A stretch of 32,000 nt of DNA. Source: Propionibacteriaceae bacterium (lineage in GTDB: Bacteria > Actinomycetota > Actinomycetes > Propionibacteriales > Propionibacteriaceae). A program made the position numbers and the translations under genes. Shown piece by piece: positions 8,082 to 16,308 of the stretch (within the stretch, counting starts at the first letter, position 1; every line of letters starts with the position of its first letter). The stretch is from contig JAIRQE010000011.1 of assembly GCA_031256725.1 (NCBI GenBank), positions 1 to 32,000 on the forward strand. Direction: 5' to 3'. The notes beneath the pieces are model-generated. The model was not told where the DNA came from. It made no database searches and saw only the letters and a list, made by a program, of their open reading frames with translations.

Positions 8082-8501
8082 ATGACACGGCGGTACACAG
8101 TCAAAATTGGCGATGTTGATTATGTCTTGGATCTTGCCGAAGTGTCCAAGGATCGCTATAGCGTGGGTCTCAGTGATGGTCGAGTCTTGGACGTCACTCT
8201 TGTTGGCGAGGAAGACCTTGACCAAAAAACCTCTGAAACCCTTCAACCTGCTGAAGAATCTGGTGTGCCCCTGACACAGAATCAAGCTGGAGTCGTCAAG
8301 GCGCCAATGCCTGGAGTGGTCTTTGGTGTCGAAGTGGCTGTGGGTACACAGGTACACAGGGGTGACCTGGTGGTTGTCCTCGAAGCGATGAAAATGGAGA
8401 ATGCCATTTGTGCCCCCCACGATGGGATTGTCACCGCAATTCGCGTGGCTTCGGGCGACGCGGTTGAGCATGGTGCTGTACTCGTCGAGCTTGGGGGGTA
8501 G
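8082..8501 (+). CDS. Biotin carboxyl-carrier subunit of a Na+-translocating decarboxylase (MmdC/GcdC-like)
   Basis: C-terminal biotinyl domain VKAPMPGVVFGVEVAVGTQVHRGDLVVVLEAMKMENAICAPHDGIVTAI, with the biotinylation motif EAMKME. The N-terminus (YTVKIGDVDYVLDL) is typical of these carriers. Confidence 0.85.
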   Translation: MTRRYTVKIGDVDYVLDLAEVSKDRYSVGLSDGRVLDVTLVGEEDLDQKTSETLQPAEESGVPLTQNQAGVVKAPMPGVVFGVEVAVGTQVHRGDLVVVLEAMKMENAICAPHDGIVTAIRVASGDAVEHGAVLVELGG

Positions 8502-8509
8502 GCTCAATC

Positions 8510-9619
8510 ATGTGGGACTCACTCTTCGAGGGAATACTGAACGTCACATGGCAGTCCGTGGCGATGATTGCGGTCGGAGCCCTTCTTATTTGGTTAGCAG
8601 TTGCTCGTAAGTACGAACCCCTGTTGCTCCTGCCTATTGGCGCTGGAGCTATTCTCACCAATCTGCCCCTGTCGCCCTTGGTGGCCCCAGATGGGATGTT
8701 GAGTTTCCTCTACAACGTGGGTGTGGGTAATGAGTTATTTCCCTTGCTGATCTTTGTTGGGATTGGCGCACTCACCGATTTTGGTCCACTTTTGGAGAAT
8801 CCGAAGATGGTTCTCTTGGGCGCAGCCGGTCAGTTTGGGATCTTCCTCACACTCATCCTGGCTTTGTTGTTGGGGTTCACTCGCGAAGAGGCAGCCTCAA
8901 TTGGGATCATTGGCGCCATTGATGGACCAACGTCGATCTATGTTTCTGGGATCCTGGCCCCACATCTTATGGGCCCCATCACTGTTGCTGCCTATAGTTA
9001 CATGGCCTTGGTGCCCATCATCATGCCCCCAATTATGAGGGTGCTGACCACGAAGAAGGAACGCTCCATAAGGATGCCGTACACCCAGCGCGAGATCAGC
9101 CGTCGTACGCGAATCCTCTTCCCCATCATCGTGACCATTGTGGTCGGGATCTTGGTACCTTTTGCAACACCATTGATTGGGATGCTCATGCTGGGTAACC
9201 TCATGAGGGAATCCAAGGTTGTGGAACGCCTGACACATGCTTCGGCTAATGAACTGGCCAACGTGGTGACCCTCTTCCTTGGTCTGGCTATCGGCTCAAC
9301 TATGAAGGGTGAAGCCTTCCTTCAACTCACGACTTTGGCGATCCTGGCCTTGGGGTTGGGTGCCTTCATCCTTGACACTGCAACAGGGGTACTTTTCGGG
9401 AAGCTCATGAACCTTTTTTCTCGGGGAAACTTCAACCCTCTTATTGGCGCTGCAGGGATCTCTGCCTTCCCTATGGCTGCCCGTGTGGTACAAAAGGAAG
9501 CAGCTCGTGAGGATTTCGACAACTTCATCCTCATGCATGCCATGGGTGCCAATGCTGCTGGTCAGATCGCCTCAGTGGTTGCCGGCGGTACTCTGCTTGC
9601 ACTCATGAGTGTTGCATAA
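8510..9619 (+). CDS. Na+-translocating decarboxylase beta subunit (OadB/MmdB/GcdB family)
   Basis: 369-aa polytopic protein. YEPLLLLPIGAGAILTNLP, LFPLLIFVGIGALTDFGPLL, IGAIDGPTSIY, and AAGISAFPMAARV...MHAMGANAAGQI are conserved beta-subunit segments. It starts 8 nt after the carrier gene. Confidence 0.9.
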   Translation: MWDSLFEGILNVTWQSVAMIAVGALLIWLAVARKYEPLLLLPIGAGAILTNLPLSPLVAPDGMLSFLYNVGVGNELFPLLIFVGIGALTDFGPLLENPKMVLLGAAGQFGIFLTLILALLLGFTREEAASIGIIGAIDGPTSIYVSGILAPHLMGPITVAAYSYMALVPIIMPPIMRVLTTKKERSIRMPYTQREISRRTRILFPIIVTIVVGILVPFATPLIGMLMLGNLMRESKVVERLTHASANELANVVTLFLGLAIGSTMKGEAFLQLTTLAILALGLGAFILDTATGVLFGKLMNLFSRGNFNPLIGAAGISAFPMAARVVQKEAAREDFDNFILMHAMGANAAGQIASVVAGGTLLALMSVA

Positions 9620-9628
9620 AGGCGTTGG

Positions 9629-10414
9629 ATGCTGGATCTTTCTGTACTCACTCTGATCGCCATATGTGTAGCTTCGCTGGTTGCAGGATGGGTGAATGCC
9701 GTTGTTGGCGGCGGGGGAGTAATCCAGATGCCTGCCCTATTGATTGCGCTTCCCTCTGAAACCCCTGTTGCCACGATCTCGGGTACAAACAAACTCGGGT
9801 CAATATCGGGTACTGCTGCCGCCTGTGCCGCCTATATTCCTAAGATGTCTATTCAATGGCCGACGGTGATCGTGGCAATCGTATTCGCGTACGCAGGAGC
9901 TACCGCAGGTGCGAATCTTGTTCAATATGTACCTCGGTCGGTGTTCATTCCCATCATCATTGTGGTTGTTGCCCTCGTTGGTATCCACACCCTGCGTAAC
10001 CCCCAACTCGGACAGATCAGCGCTGAAAAGTACACAGGGCGAAAGAGGTCACTGATCTCGGCTGGTATCGGGACGGTCTGCGGAATCTGGGATGGGGTCA
10101 TCGGTCCAGGTACGGGAATCTTCCTCATCCTCGGTTTCGTCGTCATCCTGGGTTTCGGGTTCCTCGAAGCCTCCGCGATGGCGAAACTCGTGAACCTCAC
10201 CTCGAATCTTGCTGCCCTCATCGTTTTGGGAGTCACCGGTCATGTCCTATGGTTCTTGGGTGGACTCATGGCTCTGTGTAGCCTGATTGGCGGCTTCATC
10301 GGCGCTCACATGGCTCTCAAGTACGGCAATTCCTTTATCCGAAGGATCTTCCTCATTGCGGTCATCATCCTTGAAGTCCGACTCATCTATGACGCCATCC
10401 TGTTATTCATGTAA
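9629..10414 (+). CDS. TSUP (TauE/SafE, YfcA-like) anion permease
   Basis: VASLVAGWVNAVVGGGGVIQMPALL N-terminal motif. A second internal repeat of the same kind gives the duplicated 4-TM architecture. It starts 9 nt after the beta-subunit stop. Confidence 0.85.
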   Translation: MLDLSVLTLIAICVASLVAGWVNAVVGGGGVIQMPALLIALPSETPVATISGTNKLGSISGTAAACAAYIPKMSIQWPTVIVAIVFAYAGATAGANLVQYVPRSVFIPIIIVVVALVGIHTLRNPQLGQISAEKYTGRKRSLISAGIGTVCGIWDGVIGPGTGIFLILGFVVILGFGFLEASAMAKLVNLTSNLAALIVLGVTGHVLWFLGGLMALCSLIGGFIGAHMALKYGNSFIRRIFLIAVIILEVRLIYDAILLFM

Positions 10415-10593
10415 CCCTTGGCTAAATGATAGTAAAATTCTTGAGTAAACGCGCAATCAAACGTAGCACTATCTTGTCTGTCGCAGATGGACTGTTGTGG
10501 TTGAGGTAGATTTGGTGCGATTGAGGGGGGGATACGGCTATCGACTTCATCATCGTCTCGATCCCAGCGCTGAGTGCCGATATCCAAGACACA

Positions 10594-10623
10594 TTCCAGG
10601 GCCTTGTATTCCAGGGCCTTGTA
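10594..10623. repeat. Tandem 15-bp direct repeat (TTCCAGGGCCTTGTA x2)
   Basis: Exact duplication read from the sequence. It is in frame in every reading frame (YKALE-YKALE on the minus strand, IPGPC-IPGPC on the plus strand). Confidence 0.9.
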
Positions 10624-10800
10624 CTGATCACGGTGATTCTCATACAGACTGCTGGACCTCCCATAAGGGAACGTTTGAAATCTATGAAACGAAAATGCAG
10701 TCTCACCCCTGCGCCAAGCTGAGTAGATCAACACAGGAAAATCCTGTAGTGCGGAACTCCGCCCAATCGGTCATATACCCCATGACGTTGGTGGAGTTAG

Positions 10801-10838
10801 GGGGTGGTTTCAGACCGGAAATCGCCCCACCACCCCTT
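10801..10838 (+). terminator. GC-rich hairpin with a T-tract on the plus strand; the strand on which it functions is ambiguous
   Basis: GGGGTGGT (10801-10808) pairs with ACCACCCC (10831-10838). An inner TTTC/GAAA helix is possible. TTTT follows on the plus strand. On the minus strand it lies 20 nt downstream of the DUF4230 stop but has no U-tract there. Confidence 0.35.
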
Positions 10839-10857
10839 TTCGGTATGGGTTAGGTGT

Positions 10858-11463
10858 CTAATTCGCTGAGTCAACGAGTACGAAGGTGTATTCGTCGGTT
10901 CCAGGCAGGGAGTCGATAAAGCCTTTCACCTGGTCCTTGGCTTCCTTGGAGGCAGTCAGAAGCATGCCACTCGTACGAGCGCGATCTTCCATGGCAGATA
11001 ACTCATGGTCGAAAAGCTCAGTAAAGTCAGCGATCTTGTTGTGGTTGAAAACATTGTCGTGATCGAAGAGTACTTCGGTTGTACCTGGAACTAGGGAATG
11101 GGAGAGGATCTGAGCAGGTGGGAAGGCAATAGTGACTACAGTCCCAGACTGGGTGAATGTCAACCTACTAGCATCAACACCAATCTCCATGACTCCGTCG
11201 TAGCGTACGGCCAAATAGGCTTTGGTGAAGGGAATCTCAATCCCAGCGATTTGGGACACGCTTTCGTGGTAGACCACATTGGAATACTGGTAGGTCAGCG
11301 ATGAGATCTTGAAGCCTTTCACCACTGATTCCTGAAAAGGAGCACCTGTGGGTGGAGTGTCGTTGGTTCCCTTATCCCGATCCCAGGGGCTCATAATCAC
11401 CACAGTGATGACGCTGGCAAGAACGAGAATGATGCCGATGAGGATGACGACGAGTTTCTTCAT
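10858..11463 (-). CDS. DUF4230 family membrane-anchored protein
   Basis: N-terminal TM helix (KKLVVILIGIILVLASVITVVI), then LTYQYSNVV...AYLAVRYDGVMEIGVDASRL...VVTIAFPPAQILSHSL, matching the DUF4230 pattern. Its ATG is 3 nt after the PTP stop (TGA ACG ATG). Confidence 0.75.
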   Translation of the reverse strand: MKKLVVILIGIILVLASVITVVIMSPWDRDKGTNDTPPTGAPFQESVVKGFKISSLTYQYSNVVYHESVSQIAGIEIPFTKAYLAVRYDGVMEIGVDASRLTFTQSGTVVTIAFPPAQILSHSLVPGTTEVLFDHDNVFNHNKIADFTELFDHELSAMEDRARTSGMLLTASKEAKDQVKGFIDSLPGTDEYTFVLVDSAN

Positions 11464-11466
11464 CGT

Positions 11467-12030
11467 TCACTTTGCTGTGAGTACATGAGTAATCGTGGTG
11501 ACGGCCTGATAGATGAGGGTGAAGGCCGTGATGTAGACATCTTCACCATGACCATAGGGGTCAGGTACATCCAACTGCTTATCCGTCAAACGCATCTTGG
11601 GGCGCGAACTCTTCACATAATCAGCTAGGGGTTCTAAGCGTTCCTCAATGGAGAGATGGGCGATCTCTCCCAGATCTAGGACAGACAGTGGAATTGCGAA
11701 TTCTAAAAGTGTGAAGGTTTTATGCATCGCTTTGGGTTGAAGATCGACAACTTTGGCGCGATGCTCAACAGTTGCGGTAATGATCAAATCGGCGCCATCA
11801 ATCAAAGGTGCAGTGAGTTGGCGTGCCTGGAAATTCGCGGTAGGGACGTTAACCCTGTCAAGAAGTTCAGACATGTCTGGGGCAATAGGTGAACCAATCA
11901 TGGCTCCTGTACCTGCGCTGGCTACGAGGGCTTCTTGACCTAACCGAGAGCGGAAAACGCGCTCAATAGCAGGGGAGCGGCAGATATTGCCTGTACAAAC
12001 AGCGAGAATTCGAGGGGCTCCGTACTGCAT
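11467..12030 (-). CDS. Low-molecular-weight protein-tyrosine phosphatase
   Basis: P-loop ILAVCTGNICRSP (CX5R-S, encoded at 11977-12000) and the general-acid motif VPDPYG near the C-terminus. Confidence 0.9.
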   Translation of the reverse strand: MQYGAPRILAVCTGNICRSPAIERVFRSRLGQEALVASAGTGAMIGSPIAPDMSELLDRVNVPTANFQARQLTAPLIDGADLIITATVEHRAKVVDLQPKAMHKTFTLLEFAIPLSVLDLGEIAHLSIEERLEPLADYVKSSRPKMRLTDKQLDVPDPYGHGEDVYITAFTLIYQAVTTITHVLTAK

Positions 12031-12100
12031 GTCTCTCTCTTTATGTGGTCGAATCCGGGATTGTATCTCGCCGTATTCGCGACAACATACAATGAACAGT

Positions 12101-12115
12101 GCTTACATTGTAAGC
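12101..12115. promoter_or_regulatory. 15-bp palindrome GCTTACA-T-TGTAAGC in the divergent PTP/kinase promoter region
   Basis: Perfect 7-bp arms around a single central nt. It overlaps a second inverted repeat, TACAATG (12088-12094) / CATTGTA (12106-12112). Confidence 0.3.
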
Positions 12116-12179
12116 AGGGTTTTCATCTTGGGCTAGCCTATCGTGTACTGTAGACGAGCAAGAACTAGGCTCATTAGAA

Positions 12180-13616
12180 ATGGAAGATGAGGGGTCAGTG
12201 GAGTTTCGTGAATACCTAACCGTACTGCGGAAGTATTGGTTTAGCATTATTCTTCTCACCCTGCTGGGTGCAGGTGCCGCAGGTGCCTATATCTATGTCA
12301 CTCCTCCTGTGTATACCGCACGAAGTACGGTGTTCCTCACTGTGAATATTGGTAACTCGGTGAGCGACTTTGCGCAAGGGTCCAACTATGCGACCTCTCA
12401 GGCTCGATCCTTCGCACAGATTGTGACAACTCCTTTAGTGTTGGACCCGGTTATCAAGGAACTCCAGCTCACGACCACTGCATCGGGTTTGTCCGGCAGG
12501 ATCTCGGCAACGATCCCCACAAACACTTCCCTCATCACTATTACTGCGCGTGACGGCGATGCGAAGCTCAGCGCAGACATCGCTCAGAAGGTCGCCATGA
12601 GCCTCCGTACCGCTATTGGCAAGCTGACTGCCACGGACAAAGATGGACGCCCTGTGGTCGAGGGTACGATCGTTACCCCCGCTGCGACCCCAGTGTCACC
12701 CACAAGTCCGCAGGTCACCCAGACTTTGGCCTTGGGTATCGTGGCTGGTTTGGCTATTGGTATTGGTCTGGCGGTTTTACGTAAGTCTCTCGACGTTCGA
12801 GTACACACCAGCAAGGATGTTACCGACGCGATCCCCTACCCTGTGGTCGGCTCAATTCCTAAGGATCCGGTTCTTATCCGAGACCCGGTGATCATGATCG
12901 CACAACCAACCTCGGGTCTCGCTGAAAGATTCCGCCAGCTTCGTACCAGCCTCCTCTTCTTCAATATTGAGGATGATAAGCCCTTCAACTTTGTTGTCAC
13001 CTCCGCTCTAGAGTCTGAGGGTAAGACTTCGATCGCTGTCAACATTGCCTATGCCTTGGCTGAGCAGGGGGACCGTGTGCTCCTGATCGACGCTGACTTG
13101 AGGCGTCCAAGGGTTGCTGCCTACCTCCAGCTTGAAGGCGGTGCCGGTTTGACCACGGTACTACTGAATCGTGCCCGTTTCGGTGACGTGGTTCAGTCCC
13201 TGGGCGTGGGGTATCCTGATGTACTCGCTTCTGGACCTGTACCTCCGAACCCTGCAGAGTTGGTTGGTTCCAGGCGAATGAAGCAACTCCTTGAGCAGGT
13301 CTCCAACCACTATCAGGCTGTTGTGGTTGACGCAGCCCCCCTACTGCCAGTAGCGGACTCCTTGTCCCTGCTTCCTCACGTGACTGGCGTGGTCATGGTC
13401 AGTGCCGCAGAGCGTGCAACCATCCCTGAACTGAAGCTGGCTGTTGAATCTGTTGAGCGTACGGGCACCCCAATCATGGGTGTCGTGATGAACAAGCTGC
13501 GCCGTCATGGTGGTCGTAGTTCCCATTACTACTACACCTATGAGCAACGTGACCCCAATAATCTCACCAAGGCTGATAAGAAGAGGGGCAAGAGGGCTTC
13601 CTCCAGCTTCTCCTGA
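12180..13616 (+). CDS. Polysaccharide co-polymerase / bacterial tyrosine autokinase (Wzc-like single polypeptide)
   Basis: Wzz-type N-terminus (EFREYLTVLRKYWFSIILLTLLG) with two TM helices. Kinase motifs: Walker A SALESEGKTS (GKT at 13020-13028), Walker A' VLLIDADLRRP, Walker B AVVVDAAPLLPVAD. The C-terminal tyrosine cluster HYYYTY is encoded at 13524-13541. Confidence 0.9.
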   Translation: MEDEGSVEFREYLTVLRKYWFSIILLTLLGAGAAGAYIYVTPPVYTARSTVFLTVNIGNSVSDFAQGSNYATSQARSFAQIVTTPLVLDPVIKELQLTTTASGLSGRISATIPTNTSLITITARDGDAKLSADIAQKVAMSLRTAIGKLTATDKDGRPVVEGTIVTPAATPVSPTSPQVTQTLALGIVAGLAIGIGLAVLRKSLDVRVHTSKDVTDAIPYPVVGSIPKDPVLIRDPVIMIAQPTSGLAERFRQLRTSLLFFNIEDDKPFNFVVTSALESEGKTSIAVNIAYALAEQGDRVLLIDADLRRPRVAAYLQLEGGAGLTTVLLNRARFGDVVQSLGVGYPDVLASGPVPPNPAELVGSRRMKQLLEQVSNHYQAVVVDAAPLLPVADSLSLLPHVTGVVMVSAAERATIPELKLAVESVERTGTPIMGVVMNKLRRHGGRSSHYYYTYEQRDPNNLTKADKKRGKRASSSFS

Positions 13617-13719
13617 TCATCCTTACTTAGGGGGAATCCGCCTGGCGACTCCCATATCTGTGGGGGGTCACTAAGCAGTACAATGGTGGCGATAAATCTA
13701 CAATTTCAGGGAGATTGCT

Positions 13720-14559
13720 GTGAGCGACGAAGACGACATCTTAGTGTTGGTTCCAGAGCCAGGCCCCAGAAACCCAGAACTCACTGAGGCTGTCATCATT
13801 GCGATGTGTAACCAGAAGGGCGGGGTTGGAAAGACCACGACCACAATCAACTTGGGTGCAGCACTTGCAGAATTCGGGCGACGTGTTTTGCTCATCGACT
13901 TGGACCCGCAGGGCTCACTATCTGTGGGACTGGGGTTTAATCCTCATTCCTTGGAGGCTTCGGTCTATGACCTTCTCATGGTCAAGGGTACGAACCCCCA
14001 TGATCTGATCTTGGGTACAAAGGTCCCTGGGCTCGATATTCTTCCAGCCAATATTGATTTGTCTGCAGCGGAAGTGCAATTGGTCTCCGAGGTGGCCCGT
14101 GAACACACATTGACGAGGGTGATCCAGCCACTCAAGAAGGATTACGACATCATTCTTATTGACTGTGCCCCATCCTTGGGTCTGCTCACAGTCAATGCAC
14201 TGACATGTGCTGATGGGGTGCTCATCCCTCTGGAAAGTGAGTTCTTCGCCCTTCGAGGTGTCGCCATGCTCACCGATACCATCTCCAAGGTTCAGGATCG
14301 ACTCAACCAGTCGCTGCAACTTATTGGGATCGTGGGGACAATGTACGATCCACGTACCCTCCATAATCGTGAGGTCCTTGAAAGGGTACAAGAAGCCTTC
14401 AAGGAAGTAGTCTTCCAAACCAGGATTAGGCGGACCGTGAAATTCCCTGAGACCACTGTTGCTGGGGAACCTATTACGACCTATGCGCCCACCTCCTCTG
14501 GTGCTCAGCAGTACCGCAATCTAGCTAAGGAGGTACTTGCCCGATGTCCAGCCGCGTAA
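13720..14559 (+). CDS. ParA/Soj-family ATPase, the orphan type found upstream of scpAB in actinobacteria (Rv1708/PldP-like)
   Basis: Deviant Walker A NQKGGVGKTTTTINLG (13816-13839), LLIDLDPQGSLS, IILIDCAPSLGLLTVNAL, and FETRIRRTVKFPE-like C-terminus. GTG start is preceded by AGGGAG. There is no N-terminal HTH extension. Confidence 0.9.
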   Translation: MSDEDDILVLVPEPGPRNPELTEAVIIAMCNQKGGVGKTTTTINLGAALAEFGRRVLLIDLDPQGSLSVGLGFNPHSLEASVYDLLMVKGTNPHDLILGTKVPGLDILPANIDLSAAEVQLVSEVAREHTLTRVIQPLKKDYDIILIDCAPSLGLLTVNALTCADGVLIPLESEFFALRGVAMLTDTISKVQDRLNQSLQLIGIVGTMYDPRTLHNREVLERVQEAFKEVVFQTRIRRTVKFPETTVAGEPITTYAPTSSGAQQYRNLAKEVLARCPAA

Positions 14560-14837
14560 CACTACCAGGGGCTCAGGAACTCTTTCGTCAAACCGGCGCT
14601 AAACCCCTAGAGTCTGGGGAAGCCATGGCCTCAGGCAGGGTACGACACGACGAAAAGATCACCGTCTATGTTTCATCGGATGAGTTGATCGCATTGGAGG
14701 ATGCCCGTTTGGCTCTTCGCAAGGCAGGAATCAGCGTGGATCGCGGTCGCATAGTTCGAGCTGCCATTGCTCGTGCACTGGCTGACCTTGATGAGAATGG
14801 GGCTAATGCTGAGATTGTGGCCAGGTTGGGGACGTGA
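14544..14837 (+). CDS. Small conserved-looking protein with a predicted ribbon-helix-helix (ParG/CopG-like) C-terminal half
   Basis: EKITVYV (beta strand), SSDELIALEDARLALRKAG (helix A), ISVDRGRIVRAAIARALADL (helix B) follows the RHH pattern, after a basic, flexible N-terminal 30 aa. The ATG overlaps the parA-like 3' end by 16 nt, and the stop overlaps the scpA GTG (GTGA). The fold assignment is by eye only. Confidence 0.55.
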   Translation: MSSRVTLPGAQELFRQTGAKPLESGEAMASGRVRHDEKITVYVSSDELIALEDARLALRKAGISVDRGRIVRAAIARALADLDENGANAEIVARLGT

Positions 14838-15658
14838 CCACAGTCACTGCTCAGATGGAATCCGAGACCCCAGGATTCTCAGTTAGGCTCGACAACTTTG
14901 AGGGCCCCTTCGATCTTCTTCTCTCCCTGATCGCTCGCCATAAGCTGGACATTACTGAGGTGGCGTTATCCCATGTCACTGATGAGTTCATCTCCTATAT
15001 CAAGGAGCAGGGCCCAGGATGGGACCTGGATCAGGCCAGTTCCTTTCTGGTTGTTGCCGCAACCCTTTTAGACCTCAAGACCGCTCGACTCCTGCCCCAA
15101 GGTGAGGTCGATGATGAAGAGGATCTGGCTCTCTTGGAGGCCCGGGATCTGCTCTTTGCGCGACTGTTGCAGTACCGTGCCTTCAAGGAGGTGGCCTCCT
15201 GGGTGGATTCTGTTCTTGGTGAAGAGGGCAAGAGGATTCCACGTCCAGGTGGATTGGAGGAAGCCTTCGCTTGCTTGCTTCCTGAGGTTCAGTTCACGGT
15301 GACACCCGAGGAGTTCGCTCAATTGGCCATCTCAGCGATGACGGTGAGTGCGAAGGCTGAAGTCAGTGTGGAACATATCTACTCATCTGCAGTATCCGTA
15401 GCTGAGCAGGCGAATCTTGTTGCTGATCGCCTTCAGAGGAACCAAACGATGTCTTTCCGTTCCCTCATTGCAGACTCGGAATCCTTGGCTACTACTGTGG
15501 CACGATTCCTTGCCATCCTGGAGTTGTACAGATCTGACTTGGTTGTCTTCGAGCAACTAGACTCCTTAACTGAACTAGTGATTCGTTGGGTGGGCGATGA
15601 GATCGACGAGGTTCAGATTTCCGGTGAGTACGACCACCCCCACGAGGAGACCCCATGA
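14834..15658 (+). CDS. scpA: Segregation and condensation protein A
   Basis: FSVRLDNFEGPFDLLLSLIARHKLDITEVALSHVTDEF is the canonical ScpA N-terminus, and the C-terminal part is a winged-helix region (RFLAILELYR). The GTG at 14834 is coupled to the upstream stop; ATG 14855 is an alternative. Confidence 0.9.
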   Translation: MTTVTAQMESETPGFSVRLDNFEGPFDLLLSLIARHKLDITEVALSHVTDEFISYIKEQGPGWDLDQASSFLVVAATLLDLKTARLLPQGEVDDEEDLALLEARDLLFARLLQYRAFKEVASWVDSVLGEEGKRIPRPGGLEEAFACLLPEVQFTVTPEEFAQLAISAMTVSAKAEVSVEHIYSSAVSVAEQANLVADRLQRNQTMSFRSLIADSESLATTVARFLAILELYRSDLVVFEQLDSLTELVIRWVGDEIDEVQISGEYDHPHEETP

Positions 15659-16308
15659 ACGAGGTACAACCCATAGATGCTGAGATCGAGGCTTTACTCA
15701 TCTTGGCCACAGAGCCACTGACTGAGATGGAATTGGCCGAAACCCTGGAGGCCAGTGTTGGCGAGGTCACTTGGGCACTCAAGAGACTTGCCGCCTTCTA
15801 TGATGAGACAGGCCGTGGATTTGAGTTGCGCCACGTTGGTGGCGGGTGGAGGTACTATACCCGTCCAGAACACGCTGATACGATCGCCCGAAGTGTCCTT
15901 GAAGGTCAACATGGTCGGCTGAGCCAAGCCAGCTTGGAAACCCTTGCGGTCATTGCCTATCTTCAGCCCGTATCGCGTTCGCGGATCTCAGCAGTACGAG
16001 GGGTGAATGTTGATGGGGTTGTACGAACCCTCATCACTCGTAATATGGTCTGTGAGGTGGATAAGGATGAAGCCAGTGGTGCAGGACTGTTGGGGACAAC
16101 CACGTACTTCCTGGAAAGGATGGGCTTGGGATCCTTGGAAGATCTACCACCCCTAGCCCCCCATCTTCCAGATGCCTCCCATCTTGACGAGGAGTTGAGG
16201 AGACTGGCGACCATGCCTCAGATCCCTGATCTTGGTGTCAGCGATGAGACAGCTGATGGGCAGGCGAGCAACGAGAATGCAGACCACAAGGAGATGGATA
16301 ATGAGTGA
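15655..16308 (+). CDS. scpB: SMC-Scp complex subunit ScpB
   Basis: IEALLILATEPLTEMELAETL...GFELRHVGGGWRYYTRPEH...RLSQASLETLAVIAYLQPVSRSRISAVRGVNVDGVVRTL is the ScpB tandem winged-helix signature. ATGA overlap with scpA. Confidence 0.9.
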   Translation: MNEVQPIDAEIEALLILATEPLTEMELAETLEASVGEVTWALKRLAAFYDETGRGFELRHVGGGWRYYTRPEHADTIARSVLEGQHGRLSQASLETLAVIAYLQPVSRSRISAVRGVNVDGVVRTLITRNMVCEVDKDEASGAGLLGTTTYFLERMGLGSLEDLPPLAPHLPDASHLDEELRRLATMPQIPDLGVSDETADGQASNENADHKEMDNE

